DNA of 32,070 nucleotides from Ginglymostoma cirratum (GCA_024137785.1 JAHRHZ010000032.1:4676604-4708673); one strand, 5' to 3'. Positions 12,473 through 25,125 are shown, counted from the stretch's first letter. Notes: generated by a model from the sequence alone, not told the origin. Numbers and translations are program-made.

Positions 12473-12634
12473 AGCAAAGAATGTCTTCAACAGGTTCTGG
12501 AAAGCCTCAATATGAATGACTGCTCTGTAGAAGATCTTGGACTGGACACACTACCTGGATATGCCAGTGTTGAATTGGAAAAAGGAGGCAAGGATACGAC
12601 TGTCACCATACACAACTTGGAAGAATATCTCAGG
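12473..12634 (+). pseudogene. TRIP12: Orphan exon derived from the TRIP12 HECT domain
   Basis: ctcttgatAG|...|GTatgt, 162 nt, phase 0-0: [54 protein letters not shown]. Recalled TRIP12 reads [55 protein letters not shown]. The conserved F codon is missing and no neighbouring TRIP12 exons are recognisable. Confidence 0.85.
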
Positions 12635-12699
12635 GTATGTGTGTTGATTTTCATCTGTATGAAGTAAATAACAAATAAAACCAGCGAATAAACTTGGAC

Positions 12700-13372
12700 C
12701 ATAAGAGGCCATGACCAGCGATGTTCCACAGAGATGGATGGTGGGTCCACTTTGGTCTGTCATTTATATAAATGTTTTAGATGAGACTTTGGAAGGCATG
12801 GTGAGTAAGTTTGCAGATGAATCCAAAATTGGGTGGTATAGTGGAGTGTCAGGAAGGTTATCGAAGATTACAAACAGACCTTGATTAGTTGCAGCAATGG
12901 GCTGAAGAGTGGCAGATTGAGTTTAATTTGGATAAATGCAAGATGTTGTATTTTGGTAAAGCAAAGAGAGGCAGGTCTTATACAATTAAAATTGGGGCCT
13001 TGGGTAGTGTTGCAGAACAGACAGAACAAGGGGTTCAGGTACGTAATGCTTTGAAATTTGCATCACGTAAGACAGGGTCGTTAAGAAGACATCTGGCACG
13101 CTTGCCTTAGACCTTTGAGTGTCGGAGTTAAGATGTCACGTTGATGTTTTATCGGATGTTGGTAAGGCCTCTTCTGGAGTACTGTATCCAGTTGTGGTTG
13201 CCCTGTTGTAGGAAGCACATTATTAAATTGGAGAGTAGTCAGAAGAGATTTGCCAGGATGTTGCTGGGAATGGAGGGTTTGAGTTATAAGGATAGGCTGG
13301 GACTTCTTTCACTGGACATAGGAGGTTGAGGATGACCTTATAGAGGTTTATAAAATCATGAGGGACATAGAT
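12700..13372 (+). mobile_element. CR1 LINE RT C-terminal fragment
   Basis: SKFADESKI, QQWAEEWQIEFNLDKCKMLYFG, LVRPLLEYCIQLW. Confidence 0.9.
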
Positions 13373-16300
13373 AGAGAGTGGTGAGAGTGCAAGCCAGGGG
13401 GCAGCTGGGAAGATAAGGCTTCCTTATGAGACAGCGGCCTCTAATTCACCGGCAGGGGTGGTGAGAACGCGAGCCAGGGGACAGCTGGGTAAGTGAGCTA
13501 ATATATTCGGGCAGTGGCTAAACCCGAAACATTGTGTGGTGACTCCCACCATCCTCCTCTTCTAACTGTGAAAGAAGACAGTGTAGAGAGTCGGTAAGGT
13601 AAGCTTCCTTTTTTTAATCTCTTTGGCATTCTAGAGTAGAGGGGATGAAAGCTAGGGCACTTGCGTGCTCCTCTTGCAGGATGTAGGAGGTAAGGGTCAC
13701 TACTAGTGTCCCTTCTGACTTCACCTGCGAGAAGTGCACCCAACTCCAGCTCCTCACAGACCGCATTAGGAAACTAGAGCTGGAGCTGGATGTACTCCGG
13801 ATCATTCGGGAGGCTGGGGTGGGGGGGTAGAGAGCAGTTATAGGGAGGTGGTCACACCCAAGTTACAGGACAAAGGTAGTTGGGTGACTGTCAGGAGGGG
13901 GAAAGGGAATAGGCAGTCAGTGCAGGGATCCACTGTAGCCATCCCCCTCAATAATAAACATACCGCTTTGGATACTGTTGGGGGGTGGGGCGGGGAGACC
14001 TACCAGGGAAAAGCCATAGCGGCCAGGTCTCTGGCACTAAGCTTGGCTCTGTGGCTCAGGAGGGAAAGGGGGAGAATAGGAGAGTGATAGTGAAAGGAGA
14101 TTCAATAGTTCAGGGAACAGATGGGAGATTCTGTGGTCCCGAGCGAGACTCCCGGATGGTATGTTCCCTCCCGGGTACCAGTGTCAGGGATGTCTTGGAT
14201 CAAGTCTACAAGATTCTCAAGGAGGAGGTTGAGCAGCCAGAAGTCATGGTACACATTTGCACCAATGACAAAATGAGGTAAAGGGTTGAGGTCCTGAAAA
14301 GTGAATATAGGGAGTTAGGTTTGAAGCTAAAAAGCAGGATGAGCAAAGTAGTAATTTCAGGATTACTACTGGTGTCACAGGCTAGTGAGGCCAGGAAGAG
14401 AGAACGACTACAGCTGAACACGTGGCTATGGAGCTGGTGTAGAAGGAAGGGCTTCAGATATGTGGATCATTGAGATACCTTCTGGGGAAGGTGGGACCTG
14501 TATAAGAAGGACGGGTTGCACCTGAACTGGAGGGGCACCATTATCCTGGGTGGGAGGTTTGCTAGAGCTCTTTGGGAGGGTTTAAACTAGTGTGGCAGGG
14601 GGGTGGAAACCAGACCTATGGATCAGAGGATGGGGTAGCTGGTGTACTGGCAGATTCAGTATGCAGAGTCTGTGAGGAAGGATAGACAGTTGATAGGGCA
14701 AAGTTGCAGTCAGTGCAACGGCTTGATGTGTGTCTATTTTAATGTAAGAAGTGTCAAGAATAAGGGTGACGAGCTTAGAGCATGGATCAGTACTTGAAGC
14801 TATGATGTTGTGGCCATTACAGAGACTTGGATAACAGAGGGGCAGGAACGGTTGTTGGATATTCCAGGGATTAGATGTTTCAAAAGAAATAGGGAGGGAG
14901 GTAAGAGGTGGGGGAGTGGCATTGCTAATTAGGGATGGCATCACAGCTGCTGAAAGGGAAGTCGTCGAGGAGGGTTTGTCTACTGAGTCAGTATGGGTGG
15001 AAATCAGAAACAGGAAAGGAGCAGTCACTTTATTGGGAGTTTTCTATCGACCCCCCAGTAGCAACAGAGACACTAAGGAACAGATTGGGAGCCAGATTTT
15101 GGAAAGGTGCAGAAGTAATAGGGTTGTTGTTATGGGTGACTTCAACTTCCCTAATCGACTGGAGTTTCCAAGTGCAAATAGTTTGGATGGCGCAAGTTTT
15201 GTCAGGTCTGTCCAGGAAGGATTTCTGACTCAATATGTAGACAGGCCGACTAGAGGGGAGGCCATATTGGATTTGGTGCTTGGCAACAAACCAGGCCAGG
15301 TGTCAGATCTCTCGGTGGCAGACCATTTCAGTGATAGTGATCACAACTCCCTGACCTTTACTATAGTCATGGAGAGGGATAGGAGCACGCGGTATGCAAA
15401 AGTATTGAATTGGGGGAGGGGGAATTATCATGCTATTAGGCAAGGACTGCAGAGCATAAATTGGGAACAGATATTCTCAGGGAAATGCACGACAGAAATG
15501 TGGAGGTTGTTCAGGGAGCACTTCCAATAAGTACTGGATAGGTTGGTCCCACTGAGGCAAGGAAGGGATGGTAAGGTGAAGGAACCTTGGATGACAAGAC
15601 TTGTGGAACATCTAGTCAAAAGGAAGAAGGAAGCTTACTTAAGGTTGAGGAAGCAAGGATCGGACAGGGCTCCAGAGGGCTACAAGGTAGCCAGGAAGGA
15701 ACTGAAGAATGGACTTAGGACAGCTAGAAGGGGGTATGAAAAAGCCTTGGAAGGTAGGATTAAGGAAAACCCCAAGGCGTTCCATACTTATGTGAGGAAC
15801 AAGAGGATAGCTCGAGCGAGGGTAGGGCCAATCAAGGATGTAGGGGGTCTTTTCGAACTCTAAAAGACACACCATGAGGACGAGTCTTGCTTCAGTAGAG
15901 GCACTTCTTTATTCAAGTTTGCAATCGATTACAGCAGAGAGAGCTCCAAGACACAGTCACACAGGTCGGTCAGGGAAACTCTGAACATGGTGGACAATCC
16001 CCGACTTTTTATGGCTTTACAAAGCATGGTAATTTCTAACTATGTCATCACTGGTCATGAATCTGTCTCTATCTTTGTTCCCCATCTGTCTGTTTTTCTG
16101 ACCCTTGATCCTGATATGGCCTAATGTTATTATGTTATCAGGTTAACATAGTTGAAGATCTACCTCCTTTGTTAATCATGTCAATGTTCCTATTTTGTTT
16201 GCTAACAAGGGGCATTGTTTTCATGCGAGATAGAGTGCCGTTACGTGCTTGTGGATATCAACTTCCCTGTTATTTCGTTATACTTGTATAACGATCTTGT

Positions 16301-17402
16301 TGCTTTGTCAGCCCAGGTGGGTGTATTATCTTGGTCTCACGGTTTGTAATTTATTTAACAAAACGCTGATGAGTTCATTTGGGCCTGTTTAGCTGTCTTC
16401 TTTCTTATTCATTTCAATGGTGCCTCTATCCCTTCCCTTCTCTCCCAGGTATGGCCTAAGCTACATACGGGTTTGTGTACAATATCATGAAGGCTTAGGG
16501 TTAGATGATGGTAGGGGAGTGCTCCTTCAAGGGATAGTGGAGAGAACTTGTGCGTGGAGTCAGAGGAGGTCCTTAATGAATACATTGCTTCAGTATTCAC
16601 CAGTTAGAGGGACCTTGACGTTTGTGAGGACTGCGTGAAACAAGCTGATACGCTCAAACAGGCTAATGTTAAGAAGGAGGATGTGCTAGAAATTTTGAAA
16701 AACATGAGGGTAGATAAGTCCCCTGGGCCAAATGGGATAAACCCAAGGTTACAAAGGGAAGTGAGGAAAGAGATTGCTGCCCCTTTGGCAATGATCTTTG
16801 CATCCTCACTGTCCACTGGAGTAGTACCAGATGATTGGAGGGTGGCAAATGTTATTCCATTGTTCAAGAAAGGGAACAGGGATAATCCTGGGAATTACAG
16901 ATCAGTCAGTCTTACTTCTGTGGTAGGCAAATTATTGGAGACGATGCCGAGAGGTAGTACGTATTATTACTTGGAAAAGCAGTCTGATTAGAGATAGTCA
17001 GCATAGATTTGTGAGGGGGTCGATCACACCTCACAAATCTTATTGAATTCTTTGAGGATGTGACAAAACACATCAATGAAGGTAGAGCCGTGGATGTGGT
17101 GTATATGGATTTTAGCAAGGCATTTGATAACGTTCTGCATGGTAAACTCATTCAGATAGTAAGGAGGCATTAGATTCAGGGAAACTTGGCTGTCCAGATA
17201 CAGAATTGGCTGTCCAATAGAACACGGAGTGTGGTAGCAGATGGAAAGTATTCAGCTTAGAGCTCGGTGACCAGTGGTGTGCTGCAGGAATCTGTTCTGG
17301 GACCTGTGCTCTTTGCTCTTTGTGATCTTTATAAGTGACTTGGATGCAGAAGTAGAAGGGTCGGTTAGTAAGTTTGCCAATGGCACGGAGGTTGGTGGAG
17401 TT
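13373..17402 (+). mobile_element. CR1 LINE with 5' UTR, ORF1 and ORF2 (APE-RT), truncated at the 3' end inside RT; inactive
   Basis: ORF1 ~13645-14590: CSSC..C.KC zinc finger, coiled coil LTDRIRKLELELDVLR, SGNH esterase GDSIV..LPG..HICTND..DGLHLN, with a premature TAG. ORF2 has VAITETW, VVMGDFNFP, SDHN, KSPGPNG, DFSKAFD and ends just after the FADD-equivalent motif. Two ~35-nt repeats in the 5' UTR (~13378 and ~13458). Confidence 0.93.
15839..16529 (-). mobile_element. Solo LTR (691 bp) inserted in CR1 ORF2
   Basis: TG...CA ends (TGTAGGGG / CTCCTTCA), 5-bp TSD with one mismatch (AAGGA 15834-15838 / AGGGA 16530-16534), and CR1 sequence resumes after it. Minus-strand CATAAAAA (16013-16006) and AATAAA (15913-15908). 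Confidence 0.85.
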
Positions 17403-17810
17403 AATGTGGTCGTGGCTGATCTTATCCTGGTCTCAGTTCCACTTTCCTGCCTACTCCCCATAGCCCTTTATTAGAGATTGAAGAAAGGTTTTTCATCAAA
17501 AATATCAATCTGTTGGTTGCCCCAGAGTGCAGTGGAAACAGAACCAGTCAGTTCCGCAGATTCACAACCCTCTGAGAGAAGTCTCAGTCTCTCCTCATCT
17601 CAGCTTTACTCTAGCGTGCAGTGGAGGTCAGGACACTGAATAAATGGAAGGAGCAGACAGACCAATTTTTAATTAGTAACAGGTTAAAGAGTTACGGGAA
17701 GTAGGCAGAAAGGTTAAGGCCGAGATGAGATCAGCCATGATCACATTAAATGGCGGAGCAGGCTCGAATGGATGAATTGCATATTCCCGCTCCTGGTTCT
17801 TATGTTTTAT
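17403..17810. repeat. Two short CR1 3' fragments (minus ~17403-17610, plus ~17612-17810)
   Basis: gtggctgatc...ccactttcctgcc on one side and gatcagccatgatc...aatggcggagcaggctcga...tcttatgttttatg on the other. Confidence 0.7.
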
Positions 17811-17954
17811 GACTGCCTGTATTAGGTAATTGTGTTCACTGTGAACTAGTGCTGCACATCTTGCGTCTGGAAAAGCTTTACAGTCTGTATAAAAAAAACA
17901 AAAGAATTATTCAGAGAAGGCATTTGAAGGCTTCAATGGAACATCGCTTTTGAC

Positions 17955-18007
17955 TTATAAATCTGGAGAAGGTTCTCCATCATCCAGACGAATCATGGCA
18001 TTCCCAT
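17955..18007 (-). CDS. B7/butyrophilin-like gene, putative last coding exon: (D)GNAMIRLDDGEPSPDL*
   Basis: Strong acceptor ttttccttttctttcAG, phase 1 compatible with the IgC donor, open to TAA at 17957-17955, in non-repetitive DNA. Confidence 0.65.
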
Positions 18008-18826
18008 CTGAAAGAAAAGGAAAAGGAAATGTAAAGATATCACTATTGTTGCTGCTCACCATTTCTTACAAGGTGGTAATGTGTAAAACAAGTCCTATCA
18101 TGGAGAAGTCCCACATTGTCAAGGACAACTGAAGACATCTTTAGACTGGGGAAAGCATTTCAAAGTTATCCATGCTAGTTTAGGCCTGACACTCTGCCCA
18201 GCTCAAAAAAAAAGTGAAGATAAGAGAGGGAATGATGACTTCTAACCCTCAACCTGGAGAAGATGATGAGTTTCCTCATATCTCAGCAAAGGCATAGGGC
18301 AACGAGCAAAGACCGAAGACGACTGCTGTTAACAAACAGATGAGACTATCACTTCCGGCCGTGGCGCTCAGCTTCGTCTATCTCATTATCCATATATAGT
18401 CAGTGTCCTGTTCTGAGCAAAGTTTCCCCATCAGCCATGGAGATTAGTATTGCTATACTTCCTCCATCTGGTACTGACATCTGACACCAGTCAACCATTC
18501 TCACTTGCTGTGCGTTGTGTATCTTTTTCTACATATTTAGGTTGTGTATCACATCAAAAGTATTGGTTCTTAAGAAATTTAATTCAACTACCTTAAAATT
18601 TCCTGTGAATTCTTAATGGCTTACATTGTGACTTCCAAACTCTAAATCCTACAAAACTCAATACATTTAAAAGGAGAAGAAAATTTAGAATTGTCCTTAC
18701 ACAGCTTTTAAGGTTGAGTTATTGATGTGCTTTTCCTCTACGTAACAGATATTTATTTTACACAATTTTTGTAATAGTTCGTTAAGTTACATTTAGTATC
18801 AACAATGATCTCAGAACTTGACTCAC

Positions 18827-19114
18827 CTGTGAATGCGACTCGAGTAAGCCTAGGTTTTGCCATGTGCTGGTGCCATACAGAGCAGATATACTGATTTTCG
18901 GAGTCATGGTCTTGTTTCAGATAATGCTCCACGGAGTATAATCCATTTTTGCCTCTGGTCAATTTTGTTTCACTAACTTCATTCAAATCTTTGCCATGTT
19001 TGTCTTCCCACAAAATCTCTGGTGCTGGGTATAAGCCTGAAGATTGGCAAGTCAGCACATCACGGTTATCCCCATTTGATTTCCACACGATACGAACATC
19101 TCCAGTACCTATTG
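18827..19114 (-). CDS. B7/butyrophilin-like gene, IgC exon
   Basis: tttttttcttAG|...G|GTGAGT, 288 nt, phase 1-1: AIGTGDVRIVW...VLTCQSSGLYPAPEILW...NGLYSVEHYL...YICSVWHQHM. The C-x-S-x-G-x-YP-x-P-x-x-x-W and GLYSV motifs are typical of B7/BTN constant domains. Confidence 0.93.
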
Positions 19115-19549
19115 CTAAGAAAAAAATTGTGGTTATTGCAATAACTAATAATAGCATAAATGAATAACAATTTCTGATTTTTCCGAAAGGAACCATATGG
19201 ATAAGCTTCAACCAGTTTTAGAATGTAACAATTTTCAGAACAGCTTTGAACACATATTTAGGACATTTCATATTCTGCGGTCAATAATGTAAGTTTCATT
19301 TATTGCACAACAAATAAAATTTAAAAAAAGGCACTATTTGATTCCCTTATGCTGAAATTACCGGATTTGAGTTAAATAAAAAGGTACCAGAGAAGCATGG
19401 AGGATAACAGGCACGCGGTCATTCAGCCTACTGTTCCTGTGCAGACATTTGGAAAGGTGTTGCTTTGCTATATGCCATATCTCTGCCTTTTCTATCACCT
19501 TATTTATCAGCCTTAACTACTTGTCCTACTGCTACTTGATATGATTTAC

Positions 19550-20820
19550 AGTCAGCATGGCTTTGAGAGGGGCAGATCATGCCTCAAATCTTATTGAATT
19601 CTTTGAGGATGTGACAAAACACATCAATGAAGGTAGAGCCGTGGATGTGGTGTATATGGATTGTAGCAAGGTATTCGATAAAGTTCCACATGGTAGGCTC
19701 ATTCAGAAAGTGAGGAGGCATGGGATTCAGGGAAATTTGGCTGTATGGATACAAAACTGGCTGTCCAATAGAAGACAGAAGGTGACAGTAGATGGAAAAT
19801 ATTCAGCTTGGAGTTCAGTGACCAGTGGTGTGCTGCAGGGATCTGTTCTGGGACCTCTGCTCTTTGTGATCTTTATAAATGACATGGATCAGGAAGCGGA
19901 AGGGTGGGTTAGTAAATTTGCCAATGACATGAAGGCTGGTGGAGTTGTGGAGAACGTGGAGGGCTGTTGTAGGTTGCAATGGGACATTGACAGGAGGCAG
20001 AGCTGGGCAAAGAAGTGGCGGATGGAATTCAACCCAAAAAAGTGTGAAGTGATTAATTTTGGAAGGTTGAATTTGAATGCAGAATACAGGATTAATGGTA
20101 GGATTCTTGGCAGTGTGGAGGAACAGTGGGATCTCGGGGTCCACATCCATAGATCCCTCAAAAGTTCCTACCAAGTCGATACGGTTGTAAAAAAGGCATA
20201 GTGTGTTGGCTTTCTTTGGCAGGGGAACTGAGTTTCTGAGTCATGAGGTTATGCTGCAGCTCTATAAAACTCTGGTTAGACCACGCTAGGAATATTGTGT
20301 TCTGTTCTGGTCACCTCATTATAGGAAAGATGTGGAAGCTTTAGAGAGGGTGCAGAGAAGATTTACCAGGATGCTGCCTGGACTGGAGGGCAGATCTTAT
20401 GAGGAAAGATTGAGGGAGCTAGGGCTTTTCTCATTGGAGCGAAGAAGGATGAGAGGTGACTTGATAGAAGTGTACAAGACGATGAGAGACATAGATAGAG
20501 TGGATAGACAGAGACATTTTCCCAGGGCGGAAATGACTATTACAAGGGGCCATTATTTTAAGGAGATTGGAGGATGGTGGAGGGGAGATGTCAGAGGTAG
20601 GTTCTTCACACAGAGTGGAGAGCGTATGGAATGTGCTGCCGACAGTGGTAGTGTAGTCAGATACTTCACAGACTTTTAAACGACTCTTGGATAGGCACAT
20701 GGAGGATAGTAAAATGTAGGGTACGCAGGGTAGATTGATCATAGTAGGATAATAGGTTGGCACAACATTGTGCGCCAAAGGGCCTGTACTATGCTGTACC
20801 GTTCTATGTTCTATGTTCTG
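19550..20820 (+). mobile_element. 5'-truncated CR1 LINE (RT to 3' end) in the IgV-IgC intron
   Basis: NLIEFFEDVT..VDVVYMD.SKVFDKVPH..QGSVLGPLLF..ALERVQRRFTRM. Ends in (TTCTATG)n. Confidence 0.93.
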
Positions 20821-20962
20821 ATCAACTTGCACCACCTTTACCGGTACGTCATTCTAGATCCCAGTGACGGGATTTTATTTATCAAATGTTTATCCTCCAC
20901 AAATATAAATGATTTTAAATCTATGATTTCAGTTTCATTGAATCCCTACAGCTTGGGATGAC

Positions 20963-21232
20963 GCCATTCAGCCCATCAAGTCCACACTGACCGTCTGAAG
21001 AGCATGCCTCCTAGACCCAGCCTATAACCCTGCATTTCCCATAGCTAATCCACCTAGCCTGCAGACTATGGAGCAATTTTGGTATGGCCAATCCTCCTAA
21101 ACTGCACATGTTTGGACTGTGGGAGGAAACCCACACAGACATGGGGAGAACGTGCAAACTCCACACAGACAGGTGGAATTGAACCCAGTTCCCTGGTAAT
21201 GTGAGGCAGCAGTGCTAACCACAGCCACCGGG
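20963..21232 (-). mobile_element. tRNA-derived SINE (HE1-like)
   Basis: Reverse complement cggtggctgtggttagcactgctgcctcac...gggttcaattccacc, homologous to 9173-9464. Confidence 0.85.
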
Positions 21233-22404
21233 CAGTTACTCACTCACTAGATAGAGCAGGTCGAGAAATAAACTGCTCTATCGAAACCTCTGATCACCTT
21301 GAAAACCTTGGTTAAGCCACCATTTTATCTTCTCTTAACTTTTCAAACTCTCCTCTAAACTGAAATTATACATTCCTGATAAACTTCCACTTTACCCTTC
21401 AACAGACCTTCACATCTTTAGTGAAATGGTGTGTCCAGAATTGTCCATAATACTCCAACTGAGACCTAACTAGTGATGGGTCATTTTCCAGCACTAGCTC
21501 CTTGTTTTATTACAGTGTTCTACGTATTGACCTGAGAAACGAATTGCTTTTTTAATCACCTTGCCATTTTTACAGACATTTTTTGTATGGTCACTCAGGT
21601 CTCTCTACTCATTTGCATTTTCTACAGGCTTCATTTGCTGACACCACATACCATGCACAGTATACTCCAGGAAGATGTTTGCACGTAGTCTAGTGAATGA
21701 GATTTATTGAAGTGTCTTTGTTACTGAGCTGCTGTCAATTTGGTAAAGGCTAGATCCACAGATGGTGTCAGTGGCTCTCAGCTTCAACTTCTGTGTTTTG
21801 GCTGGCTCCTTATCTTTCACTGTCTATATGGTTTCACACATTTTCAGAATTTAGTTATACTTTTAGATTTTGTTTTAATATATAGTTTAACTACCTTCAT
21901 TTTTAAAGAGGTGAAAAGTTTGGGCTGTGGTGGTTAAGAAAGAGAGATGGGGAGATCAAACAGGGCCTATTTTCTCCCGCTCATGGACCCAAAATATCCT
22001 CCCAGTCCTATCCATTCTCTCTCTCTTCTGCCTCCCCCCGCCTGGTCCTTTGTCCACTCACCCCCATTCATTCTTCCCCATCCTCAATCTGTGTTTTTCC
22101 CCTGCCCCAGCACCCAGTCGGTTCTCTGCCCAGTCGACTCCCATTTCAAGCCCACGTCACTTCTACGCACATGTCCAGAATAGACTTTTGTGGTTGATGC
22201 AACAATGTCAATAAACAGGGCCAGAAACTGTGCATACACACAATGCCGTATGAGCGCGTATGCACAGTCACCTCAAAGTTTCAATGTCACCAAACACGGC
22301 TGTCAATTAAAGTACAATACCTGTCTATATCGTTTGTCTCCACATCACTTCACACTTTGCCACATTGAACTTTATCTGTCATGTTTCTGCCTGTTTTGCC
22401 ATTA

Positions 22405-22810
22405 GTTTTAATTCATTTGTGGGATGTGGGCATCACTGGTTGGCCAGCATTTATTGCTTATACCTAGTTGCCCTTGAGAAGGTGGTGGTGAGTTGCCTTC
22501 TTTAACTGCTGCAGTCCACCTACAATGCCCATTAGGGAGGGAATTCCAGGATTTTGACCCAGCAACAGTGAAGGAACGGCGATATATTTCCAAGTCAGGA
22601 TGGTGAGTGACTTAGAGGGGAACTTGAAGGCAGTGGTGTCCCCATATATCTGCTCCCTTCTCCTTCTAGACGGAAGTCGTCATGGCTTTGGAAGGTGCTG
22701 TCTGAGAATCTTTGGTGAATTTCTGCAGTGCATCTTGTAGACAGTACACACTGCTGCTACTGAGTGTTGTTAGTGGAGGGAGTGGATGCGGTGCCAATCA
22801 AGTGGGCTGC
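22405..22810 (-). mobile_element. LINE 3' fragment
   Basis: Minus frame RRSFTVAGSKSWNSLPN. Same family as 10240-11530. Confidence 0.75.
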
Positions 22811-25125
22811 TTATATCTATGTCATTCTGAAACCCAGAACCACCCTAATCTATCGGCTATGTTTAATACCATCTTCAAACTTTATAATGCTACACCCTAC
22901 CCAGACAATACGCTGGTTAGCAACATGAACTGCAATGGACAGTGGCAAAGTTGGTAACACTCTGACCTGAATCAGAATGTTGTGGAGTCTCGTCCCAAAT
23001 CAGATTTTTTAGCAAGACTGGTTATTGAAGGAACCTTCAAACTTGTCATAAAACTTCATTCATTTCCCTTGATATCCTTGATGCATTAACTTTTAATATC
23101 CTGTCCTTTCTCTTCCAATGAGTAGGTTTAGTTTGTAGCTAAGTGATCTTTTTCCTGAATATGCTCCATGTATACATATAATTAAATTGATTCAAGGTCT
23201 AGATGAGCTAAGCTCTTAGTAAACGTTGTCATTTTGATGTTCTTTTTACTCAATGAATATTATTATGATACCAAAATAGACAGCTCAACTCATGTTTTGA
23301 CATGGTTAGTGTGCAATAACCTTTTAAACTATATAAAAGATGAGACCTAGAGGACTCGTTAAGAGAATAATGCTACAAGATTCTAGGTTTTACACAAACA
23401 ATAATACTTTACTCTACAAGATAGAACATTAACACAAAGTACAATACATGCACAAGTTAGTACCCATATTTAACAGGTGGTAAGCATGGGTAATATACTG
23501 TGATGGAACACACCACAGTGCTCATCAAATGTACAGATCCTGTGGATTTCTTAGCAACTCCTCCACCCCAACCCACCGCACACCCCCCTTCCCCCGCTCC
23601 CCTCCCCCCCACCCGATATTAATGACATAGTGGGTCTTCAAATCTGTCAATCCAGCCTTAAACATCCCTTCCAAGAGCCAAATCCAAAAGGCTCCAATTC
23701 TACGTCTGCTCCTGTTCTCGTTAATCATTTCTTGTTTGCTTCTCAACTTTTCACTCTTAGCGTTACTGCCCTACTTGCAGCACCCTGAATCCTGTGAGCC
23801 ATCACAGCTTCCAGAATTTTTCCCTAAGCCTTGACTGCAATGCCTCAGCTGCCTAATAAATCACACAACTTGGTCTGAGTTCTAATACCGCAAGGAAATC
23901 CACCTGTTCTTGACTTCTTCTCACTGTCTCCTCCATGGAACAATCATGAAATTCATTTGTCTTCCACACACAATAGACCTAAATATTAGTTCTTTTGACA
24001 TGGAATCTACTCTGGCTCTTTCATATACCTATTGATCTTCAGTAACTGTAGTGCTTTGAATTCCTATTCAGTTGACCCAAACTGTTCTGTATGATCGATT
24101 AAAAACCTGCAACAAGCTCATCCCCAAACGCCAAATTGAATGCTACCAGCCAGCAACTTTCAGAACTATGTGCACTCTGAATATTATATTTCATAGGATG
24201 CTGGCTTACTTAATACATAAAATTTCTCAAGGATTTCATCACAATGTGTTATTTTCTTGAAATTTTAATGAAGTTTATAAATGGAGTACCTGTACAATAA
24301 TGCATTTTCTTTTCACCTGATTCCATGAACACCACTGGCAAATGCTCCCTTTTCCCATACCTGAGGTTTTAAATTCACCCGAACATAGTGTGGAAAAGAA
24401 TCCGACAGGGAGAATGACCAACCTTTGACAGAGCTATAGATCATAAATGGGATAAGCACCCAATGTGCGATCCTCAAAATTCTGCCTATGTCTCCATGAA
24501 TTGCCATATAAACCAGAATGGCTAAATGCAGAAACAGGACACGTTTCACCAGTTAATACCAGCAGACAGGGGTCAGTTTAGAATGACAAATTGCTGAAGA
24601 TCTGAACAATTCTTTGTTTTGCTGTACTCTCCAGCTCTGAAAGTGATGCAGCTCAACAAATTCACTGCGGCCAATTTTCAACTTCCAATTGTGGTTTCTC
24701 ATCTGTAAGAAGATCAACCAGCAACTGAAAATCAGGGGCATAGTGTTGTAGACTTCAATCTCATATTCTACATGCCAAGTTTACCTAATTCAATTTGCAG
24801 GCTAATCTTGCAGGACTCTGTTTACAATTTTCAGGAACACATTGTTGACCTCTGTCCCAAGCACAATGGGCCCATTTATTCCATGCAGTGGATGGTCTAA
24901 CTAACTATTCTGAATGTGAGACTAAGAGATTATACTTACATTAATGCCTAGTTTAGCTATCCGGATGAGAAGCCATTATTATTGTGTTTCTGTAAAATGC
25001 TTTGCTAGTTACCATAAGAAATAAAAACTGTCCTTCCCTTTGATGTCATTGGCAATCTCTGTAATAATTAAAGAAATTAAACAAATGATTTTAATCGTAG
25101 AAAGAGAGCAGAACAGCTGACATAC

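Noticed and set aside
18276-18380. Minus-strand hydrophobic stretch SLICLLTAVVFGLCSLPYAFAEI* as a TM or GPI exon for the B7-like gene
   Set aside because: There is an in-frame TAG just upstream, no polypyrimidine tract and no phase-1 AG acceptor in that frame.
14916-20679. Long ORFs (204 aa, 214 aa and others) as host genes or an active retroelement
   Set aside because: They are fragments of CR1 ORF2 broken by stops, frameshifts and a mutated catalytic motif.
22228-22269. 11-13 bp hairpin actgtgcatac / gtatgcacagt
   Set aside because: Too short for a pre-miRNA and probably part of a decayed repeat.
23225-24000. Possible LTR-like element
   Set aside because: Could not define termini with a matching TSD.
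24361-24702. 342-nt AG...GT bounded segment in the IgV-IgC intron, the size of an Ig exon
   Set aside because: Stops in all frames, no Ig motifs, and it overlaps MITE-like inverted ends (ggccaattttca / tgaaaatcaggg).
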